Below, one piece after another: positions 39,381 through 50,048 of a stretch of DNA of 64,000 nucleotides. How positions within the stretch are numbered: position 1 is the first letter of the stretch; each line of letters starts with the position of its first letter. The DNA lies in assembly GCA_015478665.1 (NCBI GenBank), contig JADMII010000004.1:80586-144585 (forward strand). Direction: 5' to 3'. The stretch comes from Dehalococcoidia bacterium. Lineage in GTDB: Bacteria > Chloroflexota > Dehalococcoidia > DSTF01 > JACRBR01. The notes under the pieces were generated by a model. The model worked only from the letters and a program-made list of their open reading frames with translations. It was not told the DNA's origin and made no database searches. The translations under genes and the position numbers were made by a program.

Positions 39381-39707
39381 CTACTGCGCTCCTGGTTCTT
39401 GGTCGCTCGTGACTGGTTCCTGGCGCCTGGTTGCCGGTGACTGATCCTGGGGGTCGTATGGTCCGCGGTCGCCGTGCCCGTGCCGGCCCGCGCCTGTCCG
39501 CCAGACAGCAAAACGGCCACGACCGCCGGGCGGCCATGGCCATGCTGGAGCAGCGACGACCGTGCCCGCCCTAGCGGCGTGGCCTGCGTCCGGCTCCCGG
39601 GCGTCCGATCGTGTTGCGCATCTCCGGGAAGCCTAACGAAGCGCGGGCGATGGTGTCAACGCGCGCGCATCGCTATGGTGCGCCGACAACACGAAGGAGG
39701 CGACTGG

Positions 39708-40085
39708 ATGGTGAACGACGGACTGCTCGCGTTCGAGGGCGTCATCACCTACGGCGCGAAGGACGGCGCGGAGGCCGAGCGCTTCTTCGAGCGGACCCTC
39801 GGACTCGAGCCGTTGGAGAGCGGCGAAGGCGACGTGCGGTTCTATCCGCTCTCACCGGACATTGCGCTTGCCGTCGACACGAGCGGGAGTTACGAAGGAG
39901 CGCCGCCGTACCTCCTCTTCAGCAGCCCCGACCTCGATGCGGCGCGGCAGCACTTCCTCGGGAACGGCTGCACCGTGATCGAGATGGGTCCCGATCCGGC
40001 GCCGAACGTCGGCTTCTTCGCCCATGCGCCGGAGGGCCACATGGTCTGCGTCGTCGCCCAGGGGACGCTCGAAGACGGCGAGTAA
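39708..40085 (+). CDS. VOC/glyoxalase-like small protein
   Basis: ATG preceded by GAAGGAGG; 125 aa. Confidence 0.55.
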   Translation: MVNDGLLAFEGVITYGAKDGAEAERFFERTLGLEPLESGEGDVRFYPLSPDIALAVDTSGSYEGAPPYLLFSSPDLDAARQHFLGNGCTVIEMGPDPAPNVGFFAHAPEGHMVCVVAQGTLEDGE

Positions 40086-40267
40086 CCGCTGGCCGCCGCT
40101 TCCTCAGCCCGTCGCACGGCCCGCGTGCCCGCCACCGTCAGTCGCAGCGATGGACGCGCCTCGCCGGCAACGACGACGACGCATCACCCGAACCGGCGCG
40201 CGCCCGGCATCTATCTTGGCGCGATAGTTCGCTCCGGCGCCTGACCTGTTATCCTGCGCCACCAAGC

Positions 40268-41602
40268 ATGGCCACACGCACCCTTCCGCCTCCGTCCTCC
40301 CGGCTCCGCATCTCCCTGCCGCCGTCGCTCTCGGTGCTGGCGGAGCGCGACTTTCGGCTGATCTGGCTCGGCTCGGCCGTCTCGCTCACGGGCACGTGGA
40401 TGCAGGTGATCGCGCAGGGGATCATCGTGCTGACGCTGTGGGATTCGGCGTTCGCGCTCGGCATCATCAGCTTCGCGAACATGGCGCCCAGCCTGGTGGT
40501 GATGCTCTTCGGCGGCGTCGCTGCCGACCGCGCGGAGAAGCGGCTGATCCTGATCATGACGCAGTGCCTGATGGCCGGTTCGGCGGGCGTCGTCGGGCTG
40601 CTGGTGCTGCTGGGGGCGCTCCAGTTTTGGATGCTGGTGGCCGTCGCCCTCGCGCTCGGGATCGTCATCGGCTACGACATGCCGGCGTACCAGGCGCTGC
40701 TGCCGGAGCTGGTGCCGCCGGAGAAGATCGGCCAGGTGGTGGCGCTCAACTCGTCGACCTTCCACGGCTCGCGGATGATCGGCCCCGCGATCGCCGGCAT
40801 GGTGATCGCCGCGGTCGGATACGCGGCGGCGTACTTCATGAACGCGCTCAGCTTCCTGGCCGTGATCTTCTCGCTGCTCCTGCTGAAGCACCGGCGGGCA
40901 AGCGGGGAGCCCGGCGAGCGGCGCCCCTCGGCGCTCGAAGGCCTGCGCGAAGGCATCGCCCACGCGCGCGCGCGTCCCAACTTGCAGGCGATGCTGATGC
41001 TGACGGCGCTCAACACGACGTTCGTCTTCCCGAGCATCGCCGTGCTGATGCCCTTCTATGCGAAGGACGTGCTCGGGCGCGGCGCGACGACGCTGGGGCT
41101 GCTGATGGCGGCCGCCGGCGTCGGCTCGATGTTCGGGGCGCTGCTGCTGATCTGGTGGGCGGAGACGTGGCGCGAGGCGCGCATCTGGTTCGGCGCGGTT
41201 GCGGCGCCCGTGGCGTTGGTGATCCTCTCGCTCTCGCGCTCGCCGGCCATCTCGATCGCCGCGGCGGGATTGGCGTCGTTCGCGTTCTCGTCGCAGCTCG
41301 GCCTGATCCAGATGATGATCCAGGAGTCGACACCGCCGCGCTTCCGCGGCCGGGTGATGTCGCTGCATGGGATCACGTTCAGCGGCAGCATGCCGCTGGC
41401 CGGTCTGATCTCGGCCGGCGCCGTCGTGGCCTTCGGGCTGCCGTTCGTGATGGCGGCATCGGCGCTGATCTTCGTGCTGGCGAGCGTCTGCGTGCTGCGG
41501 TATGCGGGCGGCGGCATCGGCCAGGTGGTGCGCGAGTCGTCGCGGGAGTACGAGGCGGTGATGGCCGGTGGCGCGCCGAACCTCGCCCGCGCCGGCGAGT
41601 GA
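40268..41602 (+). CDS. MFS transporter
   Basis: 12 predicted TM segments; internal ATG; resembles EntS-like MFS exporters. Confidence 0.8.
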   Translation: MATRTLPPPSSRLRISLPPSLSVLAERDFRLIWLGSAVSLTGTWMQVIAQGIIVLTLWDSAFALGIISFANMAPSLVVMLFGGVAADRAEKRLILIMTQCLMAGSAGVVGLLVLLGALQFWMLVAVALALGIVIGYDMPAYQALLPELVPPEKIGQVVALNSSTFHGSRMIGPAIAGMVIAAVGYAAAYFMNALSFLAVIFSLLLLKHRRASGEPGERRPSALEGLREGIAHARARPNLQAMLMLTALNTTFVFPSIAVLMPFYAKDVLGRGATTLGLLMAAAGVGSMFGALLLIWWAETWREARIWFGAVAAPVALVILSLSRSPAISIAAAGLASFAFSSQLGLIQMMIQESTPPRFRGRVMSLHGITFSGSMPLAGLISAGAVVAFGLPFVMAASALIFVLASVCVLRYAGGGIGQVVRESSREYEAVMAGGAPNLARAGE

Positions 41603-41689
41603 TCGCGGCCCGCCGCGTCAGCCTGCTTCCCGGACAACCCGGAGCGGCCCCCGGAGTGCTCACGCGGCCGCTGCCTCGTCCCGAGGCGC

Positions 41690-42160
41690 CTACCCCAGCA
41701 GCTCCGTGACGACCTCGTTGATCGCCCGGCCGCCGGCGCGGCCCTTCAGGCGCTGCAGCGCCGCGGGCATCACCCTGCTCTTGTCCTTCGGACCGCTGGC
41801 GCCGGTCTCGGCGATGACGGCGCGCACCGCGGCGGCGATCTCGTCGCGGCCGAGCTGCGCGGGCAGATAGCCCTCGATGATCCGGAGCTCGCCGCGCTCG
41901 CGGTCGACGAGATCCTGGCGACCGGCCCTGGCGTACTCGTCGATGCTGTCGCGGCGCTGCTTCGCCTGCTTCTGCAGCACCGCGGCGACTTCTTCGTCCG
42001 CCAGGTCGCCGCGCGTCGCGGACTCGTCCGTGATGTCGACGCGGGCGATCTCGGCGTTGCTCACCGCCGTCAGCACGAGGCGCAGCACGTCGCGGCGCAG
42101 GGTGTCGCCAGCGCGCATCGCCGCCTTCAGGTCTTCTGCCAGCTCTGCCTTCGATGTCAT
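41690..42160 (-). CDS. GatB/YqeY domain protein
   Basis: ATG preceded by GGAGG; the family resemblance holds along the full 156 aa. Confidence 0.8.
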   Translation of the reverse strand: MTSKAELAEDLKAAMRAGDTLRRDVLRLVLTAVSNAEIARVDITDESATRGDLADEEVAAVLQKQAKQRRDSIDEYARAGRQDLVDRERGELRIIEGYLPAQLGRDEIAAAVRAVIAETGASGPKDKSRVMPAALQRLKGRAGGRAINEVVTELLG

Positions 42161-42673
42161 CGCGCCTCCGTTTGGAGGGCACTGTAGCGTGCGCGGGCGG
42201 CATCCGCTCGCTGCTTCGGCCGGGCGCCCGCTCGGGCTCCGCAGAGCGGCTGTCGCGGGGCGATCAGGTGCTTCGGACCGCTGCTCGCCGGCGCGTTGGA
42301 GAAGCGTCGGCGTAGCGTCGGCTGCGCGGCGGCACGGCGTCCGGCAGGGCGGCCGCGAACGGAAGATGATGCGGGTGTTCAGGCGTGGCGGCGACCCCGA
42401 GGAAGCAGCCACGACGCGACGAGATGTGCGACGGAGCAGCCCGCCAGCCTGGGCCGACCGGACGCCGGAGCGATCGAAAGTTCTTGCCCTGCTGTCGATC
42501 GCAGCCACAGCGCCCGAACGATGTGCGGCTCACCGGCGGCCGCAGGCCTGACGGCTGCTCCGTCCGCATCGAACTACAGCGCTCGTGCGGGCGGTGCGGG
42601 GCTGGGTGGATGCGCGACCGGGACCGCCCGTCGCGAGCTAGACTTGTCGAGCGCGGCGGCGAGCCGCGGCTCG

Positions 42674-43375
42674 TCAGCCGGCGCTTCCGTCGCGGCGGAC
42701 CGCGACGACGAAGAGGATGAAGCACAGGTTGCTGAGGAGGGCGTTCGACGTGATGGTGTACGCGAACGGCAGCGGGCGGCGGCCCGCTTCGAGCAGGTAG
42801 TATCCGTACGCCCGGCGCACGTCGAAGCGGGCGCCGATTGTGGCGAGCAGCTCACGCCGGCTATAGATGCTGACGTGGGTCTCGTCTCGCGCGTTCCAGA
42901 CCGCGCCGTCCTTCAGGTAGTGGACGATGCCCTTGAGGCTTTCGAGCGCGAAGCGGTTCGGCGTGGAGAGCAGCAGCGTGCCACCCGGCTTGGTGACGCG
43001 GTGGAGCTCGTCGATCATCAGGCGGCCCTGCGCCTTCGTCAGGTGCTCGATGATCTCGAAGGCGACGGCGACATCGGCGACGGCGTCGGAGAACGGCAGG
43101 TGGAGGACATCGCCGCGCACGGCGCTGAGGCCGCGCGCCGCGGCGAGCGCGCACTCGCCGCGGTCCCGATCGTGCGTCACGGCGCGGGCGCCGAGGCGCT
43201 CGGCGACGAGCTGCGAGTAGCCGCCGTCGCCGGCCGCGATGTCCAACAGCAGGCCGTCCGGCGCGGGCTGCAGACCGGCGACCGCGCGCTCGATCAGCCG
43301 TAGCCGGCCGGCCTGCCAGCGTTCGTACCAGTCCGGTATGGCGGTCATCGTCCCCTTCATTGCCTCAGCTTCCAC
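42674..43375 (-). CDS. Class I SAM-dependent methyltransferase
   Basis: Motif I LLDIAAGDGGYS and motif post-I AVTHDRD; a GTG start is listed, and alternative ATGs lie 5 or 9 codons downstream. Confidence 0.7.
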   Translation of the reverse strand: MEAEAMKGTMTAIPDWYERWQAGRLRLIERAVAGLQPAPDGLLLDIAAGDGGYSQLVAERLGARAVTHDRDRGECALAAARGLSAVRGDVLHLPFSDAVADVAVAFEIIEHLTKAQGRLMIDELHRVTKPGGTLLLSTPNRFALESLKGIVHYLKDGAVWNARDETHVSIYSRRELLATIGARFDVRRAYGYYLLEAGRRPLPFAYTITSNALLSNLCFILFVVAVRRDGSAG

Positions 43376-43794
43376 CCATCATATCGGCCTGCCCCAGGCT
43401 CGATATGGGGAACGGCCAATGGGCCGTCAAGCCGGGCTTCGGCCGTACGCGCGATGAGGTGCTGGGTGAGCATCGGGCGGCGGCGCGGCGACGAAGAGCC
43501 AGCGTGCGCCGGGCATGCGCGCCACAACCGAGAGCCATGAAGCTCTCCCTACTGCCCCTCCAAGGTGCGCGGTTTAGGCCGGGAACCCGACGAAGAACCG
43601 CCGCCTCGATACGCAGACCGGTCACCCCACCGTGTCCACCGACGAGCGGCACGACATAAGGGCCGACGAGCTACAGCACGTCAGAGCCGCGCGCCGGTTC
43701 GAGGTCGTATCTCGTACCCATCTGCCGCTGGCCCCCGACCCCCGACCGCCGACCTCCGTCGACCTGATCTGCGTCATCTGCGGTCCCCGTTGCC

Positions 43795-44433
43795 TCAATG
43801 CGCGATCTCGACGACGAGCGATGGCGGGGATGCCGTAGTGGTGACGGAGACGGGGCGCGCCGCCGCGATGAGCGCATAGCTCACGACCGCTTCGAAGTCA
43901 CAGGTCTGGCGCACCTCCCACAGCGATGGCAGGGCGGGCGTCAGCGAGCGCGGCGCCGTCGGCATGCCCGCGTCGTCGTGGGCGTTCGTGCTGCCGAAGC
44001 GCACCATGATCAGATGGCCGGCGCCCTGGGGCGTGATCACGTCGCCCTTCGCGCACGTCGACCCGCTTGCCATCGCCTTCACGTCGTACGCCGGGAGCGC
44101 GCCTTCGAACGAGAACGTGATGCGGTCGCCGCAGGCAGCGCTCTCCGTCCGCACGCCGATCAGCGTCGCCTGGCCGCCGACCGCCGACGAGTACGTGGGC
44201 GAGCCGACGTCCGTGCCCGGCGGCGTCGGACAGACCGTCCGGCCCGCGCCGGGCGATGCCACGGTGCTGGACGCCGGCGACGGGGCGGGCGCCGCTGCGC
44301 GAGATGCCGCGCTGGTCGGCGCCTGTTCGGACGGCGTCGGGCTTTCGGCTCTGCTCGCGCAGGCGGCGGCGAACAATGCCAGCGCCACAGCGGCCGCCGC
44401 TGTCACGGTCGCGACGGCGACGCGCATCTTCAT
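43795..44433 (-). CDS. Lipoprotein, unknown function
   Basis: Signal peptide with lipobox LFAAAC; Ala/Ser/Pro-rich linker; ATGA overlap with the upstream larA-like gene. Confidence 0.6.
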   Translation of the reverse strand: MKMRVAVATVTAAAAVALALFAAACASRAESPTPSEQAPTSAASRAAAPAPSPASSTVASPGAGRTVCPTPPGTDVGSPTYSSAVGGQATLIGVRTESAACGDRITFSFEGALPAYDVKAMASGSTCAKGDVITPQGAGHLIMVRFGSTNAHDDAGMPTAPRSLTPALPSLWEVRQTCDFEAVVSYALIAAARPVSVTTTASPPSLVVEIAH

Positions 44434-45710
44434 GACGCCCCCGACAGTCGTGGCACCGTCAGCTGACCGTACGGCAGGGCGCAGACCGACGGCGGGCGCC
44501 CCAGCGCCGCCCGCTGCATCTCCATGATCTCCTTGAGCGTGCGGTCCACGTCCGGCGCGAACCGCAGATGCGCTGCTTCGATGCCCCCGCGCGGGAGCGA
44601 CGAGCGCACCCAGACGTCGCAGCGCGCCTGCACCATCGCCTGGACCTGCACCTGCCACTGGTCGAGCGCCGCCGGGCTCTGCCCGAGCCGCGCCAGCAGC
44701 GCATGCGGCGAGGCCTCGGCATGCAGCAGGGCGGCGTATTCGGCGCCGCCGACGCCTTCGCGGCACTCGGCGACGAGCAGGATGGCGCCGCCCGGCGCCA
44801 CGGCCTGCGCGGCGACGGACATCCCCTTTACCGACTGGTACAGCACGAGATCCGCCGGGTAGCCCATGTTCGTCACGACGACGACATCGTACAAGCGTGG
44901 GATCGGGCGGAGCGACTGGCGCGCCGCCTGCGCGATCGCGGCGTCGTGCGCCTGCACGAGGTCGCCGGCGAAGACGCCGGTGATGCGCTGCCGCTCGTCG
45001 AGCGTGACGTTGAGGCAGAATCCCACATCGCTCTTCAGCGCGACGTCGCGCATCTGCTCGAAGATGGGATTGCCGTCAGTCGCGCACCACGTCGCCTTCG
45101 GATGGCCGATCATCCGGGCTCCATGGTTCGCCAGGATGGCGGCGGCGCCGGCGACGCCGGGCATCACGCCCTTGCCGCCGCCCGAGTAGCCGGCGAAGAG
45201 GTGCGGCTCGACGAAGCCGGTGACGATCCGCAGGTGGGCATCGAGGTACACGGCGTTGAGGGCGATCTCAGTGCCGTCGGCCGCCGTCATCAGGCGGCGG
45301 TGCGCCGATGCGTCACGCGCGTCGTGGTCGACGACGCGATACCGCGCGAGGATCTCCGGCCCCAGGATGCGCAGGCGCTCGTCGGGGCGGGAAGGCCGGT
45401 GCAGGCCCGTGCCGATGAGCAGTGTGATGTCGTCGCGGCGGACGCCGGCGGCCGCGAGCGCATCGAGCACCGGTGGCAGGATGACCGCGTTCGGCAGCGG
45501 CCGCGTGACGTCGGAGACGACGATGCAGACGCGCTGGCCGGCGCCGGCGAGTCGCGCGAGCGGCGGCGAGCCGAGCGGCGTGAGGATCGCCGCGCGCACG
45601 GCGGCATCGGCGCCGGCGAGCGGCGGCGTGCGCGCCGGCGTGAGCACCAGCGCATCATCGGGCAGCGTCGCGTCGAGCGTGCCTTCGCCGTAGGGAAGAG
45701 GGACGCGCAT
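44430..45710 (-). CDS. larA: LarA-family (nickel-pincer cofactor dependent) lactate racemase homologue
   Basis: 426 aa with the DUF2088/LarA N-terminal domain pattern (VVSDVTRP, GTGLHRP) and conserved His residues. Confidence 0.7.
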   Translation of the reverse strand: MRVPLPYGEGTLDATLPDDALVLTPARTPPLAGADAAVRAAILTPLGSPPLARLAGAGQRVCIVVSDVTRPLPNAVILPPVLDALAAAGVRRDDITLLIGTGLHRPSRPDERLRILGPEILARYRVVDHDARDASAHRRLMTAADGTEIALNAVYLDAHLRIVTGFVEPHLFAGYSGGGKGVMPGVAGAAAILANHGARMIGHPKATWCATDGNPIFEQMRDVALKSDVGFCLNVTLDERQRITGVFAGDLVQAHDAAIAQAARQSLRPIPRLYDVVVVTNMGYPADLVLYQSVKGMSVAAQAVAPGGAILLVAECREGVGGAEYAALLHAEASPHALLARLGQSPAALDQWQVQVQAMVQARCDVWVRSSLPRGGIEAAHLRFAPDVDRTLKEIMEMQRAALGRPPSVCALPYGQLTVPRLSGAS

Positions 45711-45975
45711 GCGGTGAGTATAGTGCGCGGTGCAGGGTCAACCCGCCGATCGCCGCCGGCGGTCCTCTCCGGTTCGAGGCCGGCTGGGCGGGAAGCTGGC
45801 GCGCCGGTTCCAACATCGAACCGCCAACAGCGGCTGGTTCCCGGAACGCGCGCCCGGTGCGCGCCCGGCGGCGCGCGCAGGCACGCCAGGCGATGCTCGC
45901 GCGGTACAGCACGTCTCGTCGGACGGCACGAACGACAGGCCTGCCTGCCGTCTGAACTGACGCTCGCACGCGTGG

Positions 45976-47070
45976 TTACATGCACTCCCGCAGCGTCCGG
46001 GCGAGGACGAAGGGGTCGCTCGAGACGACGCTCGCCGCATAGAGCTCCATGGCGCCGAAGTCAGCCGTGCGGCTGCTCGGGTCGCCGCGGTCGACGATGC
46101 GCACGACGACGGGGAAGCCTTCCCAGCTCTCCGGCGTCTCGCCCCAGGGCGGTGTGTAGATGACGAGGTTGAACGAGCTGACACCGAGCCGGTCGCGGAA
46201 CGCCGCGAGCACCTCGTAGATGCGGTCCTTGAGCGATGTCGAGACGAGCGGCGCGAAGAGGAGGACTTCGTTCTCCTTCTTCGGCGCCAGGTTGGCGATC
46301 ACCTTCGTGCCGTCGTTCTGGAAGGCGAGGCCGAGCGACTCGTGCGCCGCGAACAGGTCATCGAAGTAGTTGCTGCGATAGTGCGCCTGGTAGACGGCGG
46401 CGCAGCGTCGCAGGTACTCGACCTCGGCGTAGTGCATGTCACGCCCCATGATCACCTGGGCGTGCCCGTGCAGCAGCGACGCGCCGGCGCGCCAGAGGCA
46501 GTTCCACATGAACATGTAGTACTTCGCGTCCGGGTCGCTGGCGTGCGCCAGGTCGCCCCAGCGTCCGCCGGTGTCGACGTAGTCGTGGATCTGCTCGCGC
46601 GTGAAGCGCAGCGGGTGGCGCTCGTTGAAGACGACCAGCCCGTGGAAGCCGTCGAACTTGGCGATGTTGCTCGCGGTGACGCAGTACTGCCCCTGCACGC
46701 GGCCGAAGAGGTCCTCCGGCGTGCCGGTGTAGGGGTCGAACAGCGGGTCGCTCGACGTCCGCTCGAGCTCCTCGTCGAGCTTGATCTCCTGCCGCCACAT
46801 CGGCCGGCTCGACCGCAGCCAGTTGAAGAGGACGCCCTCGAGCGTGACGACGTTGGTGACCTTGACGATCTTCTGGTCGAGCGTCGGCTCGACGCTGCCG
46901 AACTGGTTCTCGATCCACGGCACCATCGCCTCCGGCGGCACGAGCCGACCGTGCGTGCTGCTGACGTGGAACAGGCGGTCGAAGCGCGCGCGCTGTTCGT
47001 GGTCGAGCGCCTCGACGGCGTCCTCGACCTGCATGATGCTCACGTCGTCGTGCCCGATCGCCATGGTCAT
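45976..47070 (-). CDS. GalT-like HIT-superfamily nucleotidyltransferase (putative)
   Basis: HGHAQV matches the HxHxQ motif of the GalT branch; ATG preceded by GAAGGA. Confidence 0.5.
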   Translation of the reverse strand: MTMAIGHDDVSIMQVEDAVEALDHEQRARFDRLFHVSSTHGRLVPPEAMVPWIENQFGSVEPTLDQKIVKVTNVVTLEGVLFNWLRSSRPMWRQEIKLDEELERTSSDPLFDPYTGTPEDLFGRVQGQYCVTASNIAKFDGFHGLVVFNERHPLRFTREQIHDYVDTGGRWGDLAHASDPDAKYYMFMWNCLWRAGASLLHGHAQVIMGRDMHYAEVEYLRRCAAVYQAHYRSNYFDDLFAAHESLGLAFQNDGTKVIANLAPKKENEVLLFAPLVSTSLKDRIYEVLAAFRDRLGVSSFNLVIYTPPWGETPESWEGFPVVVRIVDRGDPSSRTADFGAMELYAASVVSSDPFVLARTLRECM

Positions 47071-47186
47071 GTCCTTCGCCTCTCTCACATCGTCGGCATC
47101 GCCGCGCGTCCCATGGAGGCCCCGCATTCCCTGGCTGCTGCTCGCCCGGGGGCGGTTCGACCTCTCGCCGCGCCCTTCCTCGGCTC

Positions 47187-48752
47187 TTAATGCTTGAAGT
47201 GCCGGATGCCGGTCGTCACCAGCGCCATGCCGTGCGCATCGCAGACGGCGACGGAGTCCTCGTCGCGGATCGAGCCTCCCGTCTGGATCACCGCCGTCAC
47301 GCCGGCCGCGGCGCAGACCTCGGTCGTATCCGGAAACGGGATCAGTGCATCGGAGGCCGATACAGCTCCGCGCGCCTGCTCGCCTGCCGCGGCGACGGCG
47401 AGCCGAGCGCTCATCACGCGGTTCGGCTGTCCGGCGCCCATGCCGACCATCACCCGATCTCGTACTACTACAACGGCGTTGGACTTCACATGCTTCACGC
47501 AACGCCAGGCGTATAGCAGATCCGCCAATTCCCGGTCGGTCGGCTGGCGGCGGGACAGCACGCGCATCTCCGGCGGGTCGCTGGCGATCCGGTCCGCCTC
47601 CTGCACCAGCATGCCGCCGACGACGCCGCGGTACTCCATCGCCCGCTCGCCCATGCGCACCGGCGGCGCCTCGAGGATCCGCACGTCCTTCGACTTCTGG
47701 AGGAGCGCCAGCGCTCCCTCGCCGAACGCGGGCGCGATGATGATCTCGACGAACAGGCGCTGGCCGCTCGTCGGGTGCTTCGTGCCGCGGATCGCCTGCG
47801 CCAGCGCGTCATCGACGGGCCGGTTGATGGCGATGATGCCGCCGAACGCGGAGATCGGGTCCGCGGCGAACGCCAGCGCGAAGGCTTCCGCGAGCGCGTC
47901 GCGGCTGGCGATGCCGCACGGCGTCATGTGCTTGACGATGACGACCGTCGGCTCGGCGAAGTCGCAGACCGCCGTCCACGCCGCGTCGGCGTCGAGGATG
48001 TTGACGTACGACAGCGGTTTCCCATGCAGCACGCGCGCGTTCACGATGCCCTGCGACACCGTCTCGCGCGGGTCCGTGAGCCGGTAGAGCGCGCCCAGCT
48101 GGTGCGGATTCTCGCCGTATCGCAGCTCGCTCCGCTTCGTCAGTGCCAGCGTCATCTGGTCGGGGAACGGCGCCTCGAAGCCGCGCAGCCACGTCGCGAC
48201 CGCCGTGTCGTAGGAGGCGACGTGCTGGAACGCCTTCACCGCGAGCTTGCGGCGCCACTCGAGCGGCGCCGAGCCGCTGCGCAGCGCGTCCAGCACGTCG
48301 TTGTAGTCCGCCGGGTCGATCACGGGCAGCACATGCGCGAAGTTCTTCGCCGCCGCGCGGATCATCGTCGGCCCGCCGATGTCGATATGCTCGATCGCCT
48401 CGGCGAGCGTCACATCGGGACGCGCCACCGTCTCCTCGAAGGGGTAGAGGCCGCCGACGACGAGGTCGATCGTCGCCAGTCCGTGCTGTTCGAGCTCGGC
48501 GAGATGCTCCGGCACGTCGCGCCGGGCGAGGATGCCGCCGTGCACGCCCGGGTGCAGCGTTTTCACGCGGCCGCCGAGGATCTCCGGGAAGCCGGTGAGC
48601 TCGCTCACAGCGCGAACCGGCACGCCCGCGTCGCGCAGTACGCGCTCCGTGTTGCCGGTTGCGTACAGCTCGACAGCGAGCTCGGCGAGCGCGGCGGCGA
48701 ACGGCGGCAGCCCCGTCTTGTCGTAGGGCGCGAGGATGGCGCGGAGTGGCAT
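47187..48752 (-). CDS. purH: Bifunctional AICAR transformylase / IMP cyclohydrolase
   Basis: N-terminal MGS-like domain plus the AICARFT domain; 521 aa. Confidence 0.9.
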   Translation of the reverse strand: MPLRAILAPYDKTGLPPFAAALAELAVELYATGNTERVLRDAGVPVRAVSELTGFPEILGGRVKTLHPGVHGGILARRDVPEHLAELEQHGLATIDLVVGGLYPFEETVARPDVTLAEAIEHIDIGGPTMIRAAAKNFAHVLPVIDPADYNDVLDALRSGSAPLEWRRKLAVKAFQHVASYDTAVATWLRGFEAPFPDQMTLALTKRSELRYGENPHQLGALYRLTDPRETVSQGIVNARVLHGKPLSYVNILDADAAWTAVCDFAEPTVVIVKHMTPCGIASRDALAEAFALAFAADPISAFGGIIAINRPVDDALAQAIRGTKHPTSGQRLFVEIIIAPAFGEGALALLQKSKDVRILEAPPVRMGERAMEYRGVVGGMLVQEADRIASDPPEMRVLSRRQPTDRELADLLYAWRCVKHVKSNAVVVVRDRVMVGMGAGQPNRVMSARLAVAAAGEQARGAVSASDALIPFPDTTEVCAAAGVTAVIQTGGSIRDEDSVAVCDAHGMALVTTGIRHFKH

Positions 48753-48773
48753 CGTCAGGCAGGCCCCTTCGCG

Positions 48774-49838
48774 CTACGCACGCACAAAATGCCCGCCTTC
48801 AGACCTCAGGCCCGCCGGCGCCACCGTCACGGTGCGGTCGGCGTCGTCGGTGCAGGTGCCGATCCGCCAGCCTGCGATGCCGCAGTCGCGTCCGATCCGC
48901 AACGCCCGCTCGACGTCCGCCTCTGGCAAGACCGCGCAGAATCCGACGCCCATGTTGTACACGAGGTAGAGCTCCGCCGCATCGAGCTGCCCCTCCCGCT
49001 CGATGAGGCGGAAGATCGCCGGCGCCTCCGGCAGCGACTCGATGCGGAAGCCGACCAGCGGCGAGAAGCGCGCGAGGTTCAGGAAGCCGTCGCCGGTGAT
49101 GTGCGCCAGGGCGTGCACGTCGAGCTCGCGCAGCAGCCGCAGCGCCAGGCCGACGTAGATGGTCGTCGGCTCGAGGAGCTCTTCGCCGAGCGTGCGCCCG
49201 AGTTCGGCGACGTGCTGCGCCAGCCGCGTCGTCCGCTCGCCGACGAGCACCTCGCGCGCGAGCGTGAGGCCGTTGCTGTGGATGCCGGAGCTGGCGAAGC
49301 CGACGATCGCGTCGCCGCGCGCGATCCGCGCGCCGGTGACGATGCGGTCCACCGGCACGAGCCCCACGCAGGTGCCGACGAGGTCGACGCCGTTGACCAT
49401 CTCCCGTACCTGGGCGATCTCGCCGCCGGGGATGCTGATGCCGGCGAGCTCGGCGCCGCGGCGCAGGCCGACGGCGACCTGAGCGAGCACCTCCGGGTCG
49501 TCACGGTCGATGGCGATGTAATCCGTCATGGCGACAGGCTCGGCGCCGACGCAGACGATGTCGTTCGCGTTCATCGCCACGCAGTCGATGCCCACCGTAT
49601 CGAACTTGCCGAGCTGCCCGGCGACGATGAGCTTCGTGCCGACGCCGTCCGTCGAGATCGCCAAGCCGGTGTTGTTGCCGAGATCCAGCACGTTCGCGTA
49701 CAGCCCGAAGTCGAGCAGCGGCGCGCCGTCGCGTCCGGCGCGAAGCGCGAACGTCTCACGCAGCGCGTCGAGCATGCGCGGAAAGCCGCCAAGCTCCTCC
49801 GTCGTGCGGACGCCGGCCCGGCCGTAGGCGGAAGTCAC
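48774..49838 (-). CDS. purM: Phosphoribosylformylglycinamidine cyclo-ligase
   Basis: AIR synthase N- and C-domains (GGFPRM..., ITGDG). Confidence 0.9.
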   Translation of the reverse strand: MTSAYGRAGVRTTEELGGFPRMLDALRETFALRAGRDGAPLLDFGLYANVLDLGNNTGLAISTDGVGTKLIVAGQLGKFDTVGIDCVAMNANDIVCVGAEPVAMTDYIAIDRDDPEVLAQVAVGLRRGAELAGISIPGGEIAQVREMVNGVDLVGTCVGLVPVDRIVTGARIARGDAIVGFASSGIHSNGLTLAREVLVGERTTRLAQHVAELGRTLGEELLEPTTIYVGLALRLLRELDVHALAHITGDGFLNLARFSPLVGFRIESLPEAPAIFRLIEREGQLDAAELYLVYNMGVGFCAVLPEADVERALRIGRDCGIAGWRIGTCTDDADRTVTVAPAGLRSEGGHFVRA

Positions 49839-50048
49839 GCTGGTCGAACCTCCATGCCTCAGGGTAACAGGCGCGATGCGTAGAGACGACGGGCGGGCGA
49901 GAGCGGTGCAGGTGGAAGGGCCGGATCGGCCGCATCGACGAGTGCGGCGCTGCCGGCTGCCACCTGTGGTGGCGCAGCGGTGGCGCGCGGCTCTTGTCGC
50001 CGACCCTTCGATCCAACGCAGCGATCGCTGGGAGCGGGCGGCTCGTGC

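Noticed and set aside
43365-43879. 95-aa minus ORF 43365-43652 and 104-aa plus ORF 43565-43879 in the gap between the lipoprotein gene and the methyltransferase
   Set aside because: No RBS, R/P-rich, and they overlap the methyltransferase start region; more likely promoter or UTR sequence
47775-49883. 702-aa plus-strand ORF antisense to purH and purM
   Set aside because: Antisense artefact; purH and purM are unambiguous
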